Below are positions 52,401 through 64,000 of a stretch of DNA of 64,000 nucleotides, one piece after another. The position numbers and the translations under genes are program-made. The stretch comes from Antedon mediterranea (lineage: Eukaryota; Animalia; Echinodermata), in the NCBI RefSeq assembly GCF_964355755.1, contig NC_092676.1:10579888-10643887 (forward strand). The letters are read 5' to 3'. The stretch's first letter is position 1; every line of letters starts with the position of its first letter. The notes under the pieces were generated by a model. It worked only from the letters and a program-made list of their open reading frames with translations. It ran no database searches and was not told the origin of the DNA.

Positions 52401-54416
52401 GATTGCTTATTAGTAATGAATAATTAGCGATATAGCGATATAATGATTAATGGTTAAATATTTACGGCATGTATATAACAGCCACAGCCGTAGGCACTGA
52501 CAGCACAATCTGTAGCTTTCTCCAATCACGGACCAGGTACCCTAAAAATGCCAAAAGCATGATGCCAAGACCCCAGTATATTGGAACAACATTTCCAGCA
52601 ACATTTCTCCACTTCAAACCAACGAGTTCAGTTGCTATTTGTGAGATACAAAATGTAAAATAGATTGTTAGAATGTCCATAAACCTGACGTGTAAGAAAG
52701 AAGATTATAATGTGTTGAATCCTTTAAATTTACACTCTATACATACTCTATGCTGTAATAATGTAAGACATTTTTTATTTTTAGTTGACCTGAGTTTCTA
52801 GAAACATGCCAACATTTAATACCCTCGTTAATAAATGATGGTTTTAAACCCTCATTTTTTGACGAATTACTTTTAATATTTTACGAATGAATTTTCATTT
52901 ACCCCACGCTTTGAAACAAGGAGTTAATGGAAAGCGAGTTGAAAATCTTACCGAAGACAAATGTTATAAGGTATATGCCCATGCTTGCAGTAGCGATAAG
53001 AAATCGAAGGCAGACATAAGCAGCAAACGATTGAACAAATGCTGTTATCAGACCAAGAGAAGATTGTAACACTGCACATATTATCAATGTTGGTTTACGG
53101 CCAATTCTGTTAAACAAATGAAATATTTAATGTTTTCTGTACAGAAAATATAAAAGTTACTTAAAAAACATTCAAACGAAGTTGGAAGTTCTTATAAAGC
53201 AAAATCAAATGGTATATCAATAAACCTTAATGAGACTAATGGTTGTGTGTCTTGTAGATAGTAAATCAATCATTATGTTTGATTATTCAATAATAAAAGG
53301 GTAAATAAAATGTAGAATAAATACCTATCTGCTACAGATCCAAAGAAAATAGAGCCAACCAGTAGACCGAAGAAATATACAGACTGCGCAAGTGCAGCAC
53401 TTCTCTTGTGTTTGCATACTAATGTGAACTGGACGATAAAACAGTTTATTATCAGGAATGTATAAATAGAAAGAACAAAACATTAATATCTGCAATCATG
53501 ATAAATCTTATCGTTCATTCAGCAGCTAGGGTATATGTAACCAACGATATACATCGTACAAAGTCATAATAAACTAATCAGTAAATTCACGCCAAGTCTG
53601 TATTTTGTTATTCCACCAGTCTAAACGTTTCAATATGTGTCTACAAATAATTAGTTGATGCCGTCAAAATTGTTACATATTACAATGGCAGGTTTAGAAA
53701 GTAGAAAGTGCTTCACTTAAAACAAATGTACAAATATTTTTTGAATGCTAACGTGAATAAATTAGTTACATATTATAACCAATCAATTCAGATATTGTAT
53801 TGTTAATGTATTGTATTGTATTATAATTATACGTGGTATAAAATAGGATAAGCACTTTTAGAATTATTCCGGCATATTGGCTGTAAAAACATAAGATGTA
53901 ACGAAATGAAAAGACGTAATATTACCCAGAGTATGTGTAATTTCACTCTTCTCTGATATTACGTTAGGCCTACTGTATGTTTATCCCGATTAATACACAC
54001 TAGTTAATGGTACATATGGTGGAAAAGTATTAATTTCAACTTACGTCTTCCTGTATTGTATTAGTATACTGAGAATGATCAAATTCGTAGCCATTAGTAC
54101 ATTCCTCCAGAGGAGCATCTTCTGTAACATTGAAGTAAGAAACATATTGCATACAATTATGTTCATTCCGTGCTGTATCTTCATCATCCACAGGAACACT
54201 GAAGCTTGAGTTCTGCAATTGACATTCATCTAAAGTAGTACAGTTTGTAGTGAGGGTGTCCGGAGGAGCACACCAATGGTCAGAGGCACCGCCTAAGAAG
54301 ACCTGGCCAAGATGGTGGAAAGCTACGGAAAAGGCCAACATGCAGTACCAGTGGTACACCCATAACTGATACGGACTGAACTCTCCAATTCGCGCCAAAA
54401 CGTCATCTAGCTTCAT
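46315..54416 (-). CDS. SLC22 family (organic cation transporter/Orct-like) gene B, complete: ten coding exons, about 545 aa
   Basis: Exons 54416-54045, 53428-53325, 53106-52952, 52634-52466, 51726-51597, 51168-51080, 50428-50220, 47764-47656, 47493-47284 and 46405-46315 sum to 1638 nt, open and phase-consistent. N-terminus MKLDDVLARIGEFSPYQ, Cys-rich loop (HWC..C..GYEFD..LVC), DRIGRK, PESVRWL, ELFPTPVR. Confidence 0.95.
47284..47493 (-). CDS. SLC22 gene B exon 9 (SAGMGLASMSGRLGS...LPETIEEGEAFG)
   Basis: tttag/gtaagt boundaries, 210 nt. Confidence 0.93.
47656..47764 (-). CDS. SLC22 gene B exon 8 (PGVYRVTVAMSGKF...AELFPTPVR)
   Basis: atag/gtaaat boundaries, 109 nt. Confidence 0.92.
48181..48300 (-). 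mobile_element. Short Helentron/DINE-like non-autonomous repeat with a (CCGA/CCAA)n core
   Basis: Terminal hairpin AGTCAC..GTGACT plus tetranucleotide microsatellite; second copy at 49640-49762. Confidence 0.55.
48480..49230 (+). mobile_element. Decayed CR1/L2-clade LINE reverse-transcriptase fragment
   Basis: NYHPISL, FQSGFTPG, VFLNISKVFDIVWHNGLIYKL, LLKWIQSYLNSREQRV, VSQGSVLG, with stops and frameshifts. Confidence 0.85.
49463..49535 (-). mobile_element. Solo end of the same Kolobok-like family as 10677-11224
   Basis: Reverse-complement match to 10677-10752, followed by TTAA. Confidence 0.75.
49640..49762 (-). mobile_element. Second copy of the Helentron/DINE-like short repeat
   Basis: AGTTAGTGTTTACCGACC...CATAGTGAGCTGT shared with 48181-48300; hairpin AGTCGC..GCGACT. 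Confidence 0.55.
50220..50428 (-). CDS. SLC22 gene B exon 7 (FVVVMVYFGLSL...DRFGRR)
   Basis: ttag/gtgagt boundaries, 209 nt. Confidence 0.93.
51080..51168 (-). CDS. SLC22 gene B exon 6 (EEKSDRKYTALDLFRTPNLRKKTLNVMYNW)
   Basis: atag/gtaagt boundaries, 89 nt. Confidence 0.92.
51597..51726 (-). CDS. SLC22 gene B exon 5 (FLPESVRWLLSQG...EKLE)
   Basis: ccag/gtaaac boundaries, 130 nt. Confidence 0.92.
52466..52634 (-). CDS. SLC22 gene B exon 4 (TELVGLKWR...RDWRKLQ)
   Basis: atag/gtaaat boundaries, 169 nt. Confidence 0.92.
52952..53106 (-). CDS. SLC22 gene B exon 3 (IGRKPTL...LRFL...FVF)
   Basis: acag/gtaag boundaries, 155 nt. Confidence 0.92.
53325..53428 (-). CDS. SLC22 gene B exon 2 (FTLVCKHKRSAALAQSVYFFG...ADR)
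   Basis: ccag/gtattt boundaries, 104 nt. Confidence 0.92.
54045..54416 (-). CDS. SLC22 gene B first coding exon
   Basis: ATG at 54416, donor gtaagt after 54045; an acceptor (ttttttgcag) at 54431 implies an upstream 5'UTR exon. Confidence 0.93.
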
Positions 54417-55336
54417 TGTTTCTTAAAGTACTGCAAAAAAAAAAGATACATAATTTGAGTCTGAAAAAACAATTTGTCATTTGTATACTTTAGTGAAATT
54501 TACCACAATGTGGCATGTAGAAAGGATGTTCCATGTCACTCTCAATACCTAAGGCAAATTACCAGAATGAATCAGTAGATACTGCATTAATGAATAATTA
54601 ATGAGCTGTTATATTGTTACACCGTAATTATTAGAATTATTAATACAACATGTTGAAAATATTTAAAATGCATTTTTTAGTCGTAAGTTAATTATTTAAT
54701 ATTTCAACTTACCATACCATTCTAAGGATTAATTATTCATAAAGATATTCTCATTGAAAAACAAATCATAAAAAAACATTATTAGAATTAGAGCTATAAA
54801 ACAACTGATGAATTATATATAAGAAACGCGGTACTGTATAACACATAGTAATAGTGTCAGGCCGCAGTACATTTAAATAAATGAATATTGCAATGGTTAT
54901 TGCCGTTATTAGTAAAGTACAAGTAATCGAATCACGAGGTTAATGCATTCTGCAATAAAGTCTAAAAAATATCACTATCCAGTCTTACCGTATGCTAGCA
55001 AATAATGTAATTAGATTTTTCTTTTTATGTCTTGTATCATTTATTCTTCCGTTTCAAATGGTATTCTTATTATAATAGATCATATTATATAATAAAAAAG
55101 TATAATTTAAAGTTCAACTTTCTGAAAAAAAGCGACCGCATTTAAAAGTAGGCCTAAACAAATTAGTGAACACATTTTTCTACGTAATACACGAAAATAA
55201 AGTAAAAATACCGATTTTACACTCAATTATTAATTTTCATATACAGGTCATGATAAATTTCATTCATTCGTTCATAAACTCTAAGTGCGCTCTCAAATAA
55301 TAATATTCGTTCAATGGGCAATACTGCTTTTCTTAA

Positions 55337-55756
55337 AAGGGACAACTTGACCGAGGACTATATTTTTACAACGTATTTGGGATGTACATTATGATTTCAG
55401 AACAATTGCGAGATAAAAGATATCGCCGCACGCCGTAAATTGCTGTGACGTCACAGGTGCATCTCAAAATCTACTTAATGAGTCCAGATAAGCAAAGAAA
55501 CAATAAAAAAAAATCAACATTTATATTTTTTACGATTTATTTACAAAGTGTATTTACTAGAAATTTTGCGATTTGCCAGACTTTGCTAGAAAACTCATGA
55601 CGTAAATTTTGCGATGCGCCTGTGACGTCACAACAATTTACGGCGATGGCTGTACGGCGAGCGCGTGCGGCGATATCCTTAATCTCGTGATGGTTCTGAA
55701 ATCATATATACATCCCTAATATGCTGTTAAAATATGGACCTCGGTCAAGTTGTCCT
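55337..55756. mobile_element. Foldback MITE with ~150-bp imperfect TIRs, TTAA-flanked (Kolobok-like)
   Basis: GGACAACTTGACCGAGG / CCTCGGTCAAGTTGTCC; internal TGTGACGTCACA in both arms. Confidence 0.75.
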
Positions 55757-56439
55757 TTAAGGCTTTCTCTTGATGAAATGTTACCTGATGATTTGCAAAT
55801 TGAAATCCATTTTGTAAAAACATGACTTTTTTACCTTTTGCTATACAGTTCATCACATTTAATAATTGAGCGCATCTTGTTTATCCACACCCGATTTTCT
55901 TTCAAATTGTGATAATTATGTTCCTGCTCGGGAAATGTTCGTACCAATATTTTCATGTTGATGACGTCATCTTGTTTTAATATTATTGTATATTGACTAA
56001 TATTGTATTGAATCTGTGAATTGCTGACCTCCAATTTATTTCCACAATATAATAAAATACATACATAAATGCAATGAAGTGATTATGTGGGGGGAGAGTC
56101 ATATAAGTCATAAAGACTTTAAGTTTGACCTATCTCCATACAGTTTAAACATGTATTAGGCCTACAGAAGGTGTTCAAAAAATGTTACCTATCGGATATT
56201 GTCAACGAATGGCCAGCCTGGTTTAACAAGAGTAGTATAACCTTCGTAGGAGTCACATAAAAAAGAGCTCATATTTTGTTTGTGTCTGATATTTCCTCGA
56301 TTTAAATATGTTTTTTCTTTGTCCTCTTTTCTTTATGTTTCTTTTTAATAACACCGTAATGTTAAACAAAATAGAATAGAAAGATCCTGTAATTTCTATA
56401 AGCTACATTTTATGTAGTATACATTTACAGTATATTTGT

Positions 56440-58252
56440 ATATGACCAAGAGTAATGAGTATACGACCAAGAGTAATGAGTATACGACCAAGAGTAATGA
56501 GTATATGACCAAGAGTAATGAGTATATGACCAAGAGTAATGAGTATATGACCAAGAGTAATGAGTATATGACCAAGAGTAATGAGTATATGACCAAGAGT
56601 AATGAGTATACGACCAAGAGTAATGAGTATATGACCAAGAGTAATGAGTATATGACCAAGAGTAATGAGTATATGACCAAGAGTAATGAGTATACGACCA
56701 AGAGTAATGAGTATATGACCAAGAGTAATGAGTATATGACCAAGAGTAATGAGTATATGACCAAGAGTAATGAGTATATGACCAAGAGTAATGAGTATAT
56801 GACCAAGAGTAATGAGTATATGACCAAGAGTAATGAGTATACGACCAAGAGTAATGAGTATATGACCAAGAGTGATGAGTATATGACCAAGAGTAATGAG
56901 TATATGACCAAGAGTAATGAGTATATGACCAAGAGTAATGAGTATATGACCAAGAGTAATGAGTATATGACCAAGAGTAATGAGTATACGACCAAGAGTA
57001 ATGAGTATATGACCAAGAGTAATGAGTATACGACCAAGAGTAATGAGTATATGACCAAGAGTAATGAGTATATGACCAAGAGTAATGAGTATATGACCAA
57101 GAGTAATGAGTATACGACCAAGAGTAATGAGTATATGACCAAGAGTAATGAGTATATGACCAAGAGTAATGAGTATACGACCAAGAGTAATGAGTATATG
57201 ACCAAGAGTAATGAGTATATGACCAAGAGTAATGAGTATATGACCAAGAGTAATGAGTATATGACCAAGAGTAATGAGTATATGACCAAGAGTAATGAGT
57301 ATATGACCAAGAGTAATGAGTATACGACCAAGAGTAATGAGTATATGACCAAGAGTAATGAGTATACGACCAAGAGTAATGAGTATATGACCAAGAGTAA
57401 TGAGTATATGACCAAGAGTAATGAGTATATGACCAAGAGTAATGAGTATATGACCAAGAGTAATGAGTATATGACCAAGAGTAATGAGTATATTACCAAG
57501 AGTAATGAGTATATGACCAAGAGTAATGAGTATATGACCAAGAGTAATGAGTATATGACCAAGAGTAATGAGTATATGACCAAGAGTAATGAGTATATGA
57601 CCAAGAGTAATGAGTATATGACCAAGAGTAATGAGTATATGACCAAGAGTAATGAGTATATGACCAAGAGTAATGAGTATATGACCAAGAGTAATGAGTA
57701 TATGACCAAGAGTAATGAGTATATGACCAAGAGTAATGAGTATATGACCAAGAGTAATGAGTATACGACCAAGAGTAATGAGTATATGACCAAGAGTAAT
57801 GAGTATATGACCAAGAGTAATGAGTATATGACCAAGAGTAATGAGTATATGACCAAGAGTAATGAGTATATGACCAAGAGTAATGAGTATATGACCAAGA
57901 GTAATGAGTATATGACCAAGAGTAATGAGTATATGACCAAGAGTAATGAGTATATGACCAAGAGTAATGAGTATATGACCAAGAGTAATGAGTATATGAC
58001 CAAGAGTAATGAGTATATGACCAAGAGTAATGAGTATATGACCAAGAGTAATGAGTATATGACCAAGAGTAATGAGTATATGACCAAGAGTAATGAGTAT
58101 ATGACCAAGAGTAATGAGTATATGACCAAGAGTAATGAGTATATGACCAAGAGTAATGAGTATATGACCAAGAGTAATGAGTATATGACCAAGAGTAATG
58201 AGTATATGACCAAGAGTAATGAGTATATGACCAAGAGTAATGAGTATATGAC
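56440..58252. repeat. 21-bp minisatellite (ATGACCAAGAGTAATGAGTAT), about 86 copies
   Basis: Direct reading; main variant is ATG>ACG. Confidence 0.97.
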
Positions 58253-58376
58253 GCAACATAAATTTATATAAGATGGAATCATTTCTGAGAACATCTTCTT
58301 TGACGAGGTGGTCAAATCTAGTCGTAACGGCTTATACAATAACGATAGAGTTCGTGAAAGTAAAATTGGAAAACAG

Positions 58377-60073
<1,697 letters not shown>

Positions 60074-60094
60074 GTATAAGTACTCTAAATTGGA

Positions 60095-60219
60095 CTGATG
60101 AAGGGCTAGTGTTGCCTGAAAGCTCTGCTACTTTTTCAGGCTGTTTTGCTTTATCGTTTTTATTCAGCTTTTTGTATCACCATTCACATCCAGCCACTGA
60201 TACCCACAGCATTGTCATT
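60095..60219 (+). mobile_element. Solo Penelope 3'/pseudo-LTR fragment with a hammerhead motif (same family as 4953-5087)
   Basis: CTGATGAAGGGCTAGTGTTGCCTGAAAGCTCT ... ATCCAGCCACTGATACCCACAGCATTGTCATT. Confidence 0.78.
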
Positions 60220-60352
60220 ATTTTCAATAATTTGCATTTGGATTAATTAGAACGGTGTTATAATTATTGTTATAATTAAAGATACATTTATTGCTTATAC
60301 AACAAACAATTTTATTAAGTAGTAGGTCTAGATGAATATGAATGCATACTAA

Positions 60353-62009
60353 TCTATATTATAAGTGAGAGAGTTTGTCTGTCTGTTTGTTTGTTTGTTC
60401 GTTATACAAATTTTTGTTACTGCACGTAATCTTACATATGGAGTATCAAAATGACCGCAATTGTACCGGGAATGTTCTAAGCTATATTTCAACATCATCC
60501 GCCACCTAGGATCCAAGTTAGGGACCAAAATGTGGTCAAAACCCCCACTTTCGATGTTTGTTCGTTATACAAATTTCTGTTTCTGCACGTAACCATACGT
60601 ATGGGGTATCAAAATGATGGCAATTGTACCCGGAAGGTTTTAAACTACATTTTAAAAAATTCCCCCGACTCCTGGGATTGTTGTGGGAGGGGTGGGTAGT
60701 GTGGTGGTTTGTGATGTCACATTTTTGCTAGGGCTCGGGGTTGTAGGCTATCGCATTGTAAAATATATACTACAAAAGTTTTACAGTATTTGAATTATCC
60801 TCAGCAAGGCGTTTGGGGAAATATAGATATAGATATACATATTTTATTCATTAACCAATATGACACCTATTCAATTACACATTTAGCAAAGTATTTTAAC
60901 CATATCCAGCTATGTATCGGTCTCTTGGATTGTCTCATTACAGACATCCATACCTGTGTGAACATACACATGTTGTTTACTGTTACTGTGTTCAACTACA
61001 TCACCAATCCTCCAAGAAAAAAACCTCAATTGTGGGAGAGTGGGGTTGGGAGATAGGGTTTGGGTTCAGGGGATTTAGCTTACACCAAAATTGTGGTTGG
61101 AAAATGTTAAAGTATTTAATTATCCCTGGGAAGCGGATGGGAGTTTGGGTTGGGGATGTAGGCCTATCACATATCATTTCAAAACTGCCACTGAGGGATT
61201 ATGGGTTGGGAGTAACAATAACATCATTAGACCCATCATAGCTATGTATACTCCTCTCAATTTGAAGCTTAGGTTGAATCGAATTTGTCCATCACTGGGA
61301 AGAATTTGTTTTTAAGAGTATGGGGTGTTTACACCAGAATTGTGGTTGGAAAATGTATTTCATAATCCCTGGGAAGCGGATGGGAGTTTGGGGTGGGGAT
61401 GTAGGCCTATCACCATGACCGAAACTGTATTTGGAATGTTTTAAACTACATTTGGAAACTGCCACTGAGGGATTATGGGTTGGGAGTGATAACATAATTT
61501 GTACTGGAACCGGCTTCAACACATCACCCAGTGTATCTGGGGTGTGTTTGTAGGGGGAAGAGGAGCGAAAATACTAGCGTAATGAAGTAGCCTATATGAT
61601 TGTATTGTACTAGGAAAAGTTACTAAATTTGAACTGTCCAGGAGAGGAGTTAAGGTTTGTTGATGGTGGCTGGGGTGGTGAAAGAAGAAAGAAGGCTGGG
61701 GGACCGCAGTATCTAAATTACATATTTTAATTATCAGCCAATATGACACCTATTCATTTACACAATTTACAACGTACTTCAACCATTATTAGACCCATCG
61801 TAGCTATGCATACTCCTCTCAATTCGAAGCTTAGGTTGAATTGAATTTGTCCATCACTGGGAAGAATTTGTTTTTAAGAAAGAGTCTGGGGTATTATTGA
61901 AGAGGGGTGGAGGTTGGTGAGTACAGACAGATACTGGCGTCGGGTGTTATGTACTGAGAAGACTGTAAACTAATTTTGACACCCGCCCTGGGGCGGGTAT
62001 AATTGCTAG
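60353..62009 (+). mobile_element. Non-autonomous Helitron (1.66 kb)
   Basis: A|TC start followed by a (TGTC/TGTT)n tract; 3' hairpin ACCCGCCC-tg-GGGCGGGT then CTAG|T; a related fragment lies at ~63700-63760. Confidence 0.82.
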
Positions 62010-62194
62010 TTAAATATATATGCAATCAAGCAGGTGCTTGTTGTTCAAATGTCTACACGTATTGACTCAATAACGTATCCGTCTAGCTAGAACTTTTACG
62101 ATACACAAGCAGTGTACCGGTATGTCATTTCGGTAACAGATTTCCTATCAGTAAAACAAATTGCCTGAAAATGGTTATATTACATATCATAAAA

Positions 62195-62576
62195 TACGTC
62201 TTTACCACGTTGAAACACCGGTTCTCGTCAGATCACCGAAGTTAAGCAACGTCGGGCCTGGTAAGAGCTTGGATGGGAGACCATCTGGGAATATCGGGTG
62301 CTGTATATGGAGCTGGGGTCCCGTTAGGCATTTGAAATCAGCACTGCTGACTCTTATGGCAGCCCCTGCATCTAGTATCTGCCCCAGACGTATTGGCTTA
62401 TGCCTTTCCTCTGGTTAAGGTGGGCACTGGACGAGAGAAGTCCTTGATCAATGTTAGTACCGATCAAGGTGCTTTAGACAGTCCTGGCTTTGTTTTTATC
62501 AAACCTGTTAGTGGCGGTAATTATCGCTGTTGGTTTCGATTGAATAAAATAAAAATAAATAAAATAAATAAATAAA
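62195..62576 (+). mobile_element. 5S rRNA-derived SINE (SINE3-type); 5S head at 62195-62305
   Basis: TACCACGTTGAAACACCGGTTCTCGTCAGATCACCGAAGTTAAGCAACGTCGGGCC..TTGGATGGGAGACC..TGGGAA..GGTGCTGTA; no T-run terminator; ~235-bp body; (AAAT)n tail. Confidence 0.85.
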
Positions 62577-64000
62577 GATGTGACATTTTTTCTTCATTTC
62601 ACTTTTTAGAGGAACATTTTATAGGATTATCATCAGATAAGGGACATATAATTAGTGTCGTGTGCGATGCGTACGATATTACAATACACATTTATGTGTT
62701 CCATTACAGTTTTTAAAATATTGTAAACACTTTCGGCCTACCACTTTTGTTTAAAAATTCTCAGTAATTAAACCTCGCAATTAAAAAATATATAATATCG
62801 ACAGTGTCGACAGTGTACAACGTACAGAAGTGGGGTAAATATACGTTATCACTTTTAATCAGATATCGCAACATTTACCAGTATTATAGACTGATGAAAA
62901 GTTGCGAACGCTAATAAGGAGATTGGAAGCATGTCGATTATCGTACGGTATCATGAGGGACAAGACATACTGCAGTTGCGTTTCTTGTATTGGCGGTATA
63001 GTATAGTACCTAATCATATAAATCTATAGTCAATTATACTATGAAAATACCCGATGATCAAGTTCGAACCAAGGATAGTTACATGGAAAGTTGAAGCACT
63101 GTCCTGGCTGATGTTCATAATGTTTTTGAAGAGGGTCAGGCTAATGTTTTGTATCTGGAGAGGCTACAGTATCGCATATTATGGGATAATATTGCATTCA
63201 GCTATATAGACGTTTATTTATTTATATATAAATGATACCGTTCGTGTATCGGGTGTGAATAGATGAAATGCATTCGCTGCTTCCTATAGAGTTGAGTGCA
63301 AATCATTATATGTTTATTCATTACATAAAAGGGATAGTCTTAAAACCGCATTGTAAACTGATATGAGTGGCTTCTCTAGCAAAATCGATTATGAAATAAT
63401 AACAAGGAGTAGCGATACAATGAATGTAACCAAATCTGCGCCACATAGTACGTATTTATGAATAGTCTAGGCCTACTATCTACAATCATACATATGCATG
63501 GGCTTTTGTATGATCGTAGAAAGCCACAAATGAAACAATGCCTGTTTATTTATTTATTATCCTGACTAATGTATTTGCAAATTATGTAACCTAGTTATCG
63601 ACTTTACAAAAATAGTCAAACAAATAGTTAAACATTACTCGCCATCTTGACTAAGATTTAGCTGCCAAAATGGCGTCTAATATACTCCACCTTTCTTCAA
63701 TTTGTTCGTTATGCAATCCATATACACGGGGTACCAAAATGACCGCAATGTACTGGAAACTAAAGCAAAACATTCTGAGGGTGCGGGGAAGGTATTGTAT
63801 TATAGCCTTGAAGGGTAGTAAACTACTGGAATAAGGTGGGGTTATGGTACATTATGATCTCTGGAGCGGATATTTCGTCTAGTAACATAAAGTTCACATG
63901 ATTATGTACATGACTACTTAACACTGATTAAGTCACATCTTAATTATAGCAATTTGAATTAAATATTTAAACATTTTCTTACCTTACACGCAATACCTCC

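Noticed and set aside
56396-58339. Three 611-647 aa ORFs
   Set aside because: Translations of a 21-bp tandem repeat that happens to lack stops in these frames; no domain content
62195-62305. Functional 5S rRNA gene
   Set aside because: 5' bases missing, several substitutions, no T-run terminator, and followed by a SINE-like body and tail

Overview
This is AT-rich, intron-containing animal genomic DNA. The organism cannot be proven from the sequence; a marine invertebrate, possibly an echinoderm, is my guess. The window holds two convergent SLC22/Orct-like transporter genes, both reconstructed by hand from GT-AG junctions with consistent phases. Gene A (+) shows only its last six coding exons (2325-30633). 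Gene B (-) is complete, with ten coding exons (54416-46315, about 545 aa). Gene A has a 25.3-kb intron, mostly filled by a ~21.3-kb element sitting in a (TA)n tract. That element has arrays of a TGGCATTTACCTGC motif at both ends, a hierarchical satellite, a nested TTAA element and a decayed multi-exon cargo gene. Other mobile DNA includes Penelope-like remnants with five minimal hammerhead-ribozyme motifs, a 7.1-kb CCCAG-ended element, a Helitron, a 5S-derived SINE, Tx1/L1 and CR1 fragments, a probable solo LTR and MITEs. The most unusual signal is two different ~340-370 bp (TA)n-flanked units. Each carries an internal, near-intact tRNA-like cloverleaf preceded by the same AATACCAT-N4 motif, and they are arranged like the hammerhead-bearing Penelope units. 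The long ORFs in the track are tandem-repeat artefacts. No databases were searched; family calls rest on recognised motifs.
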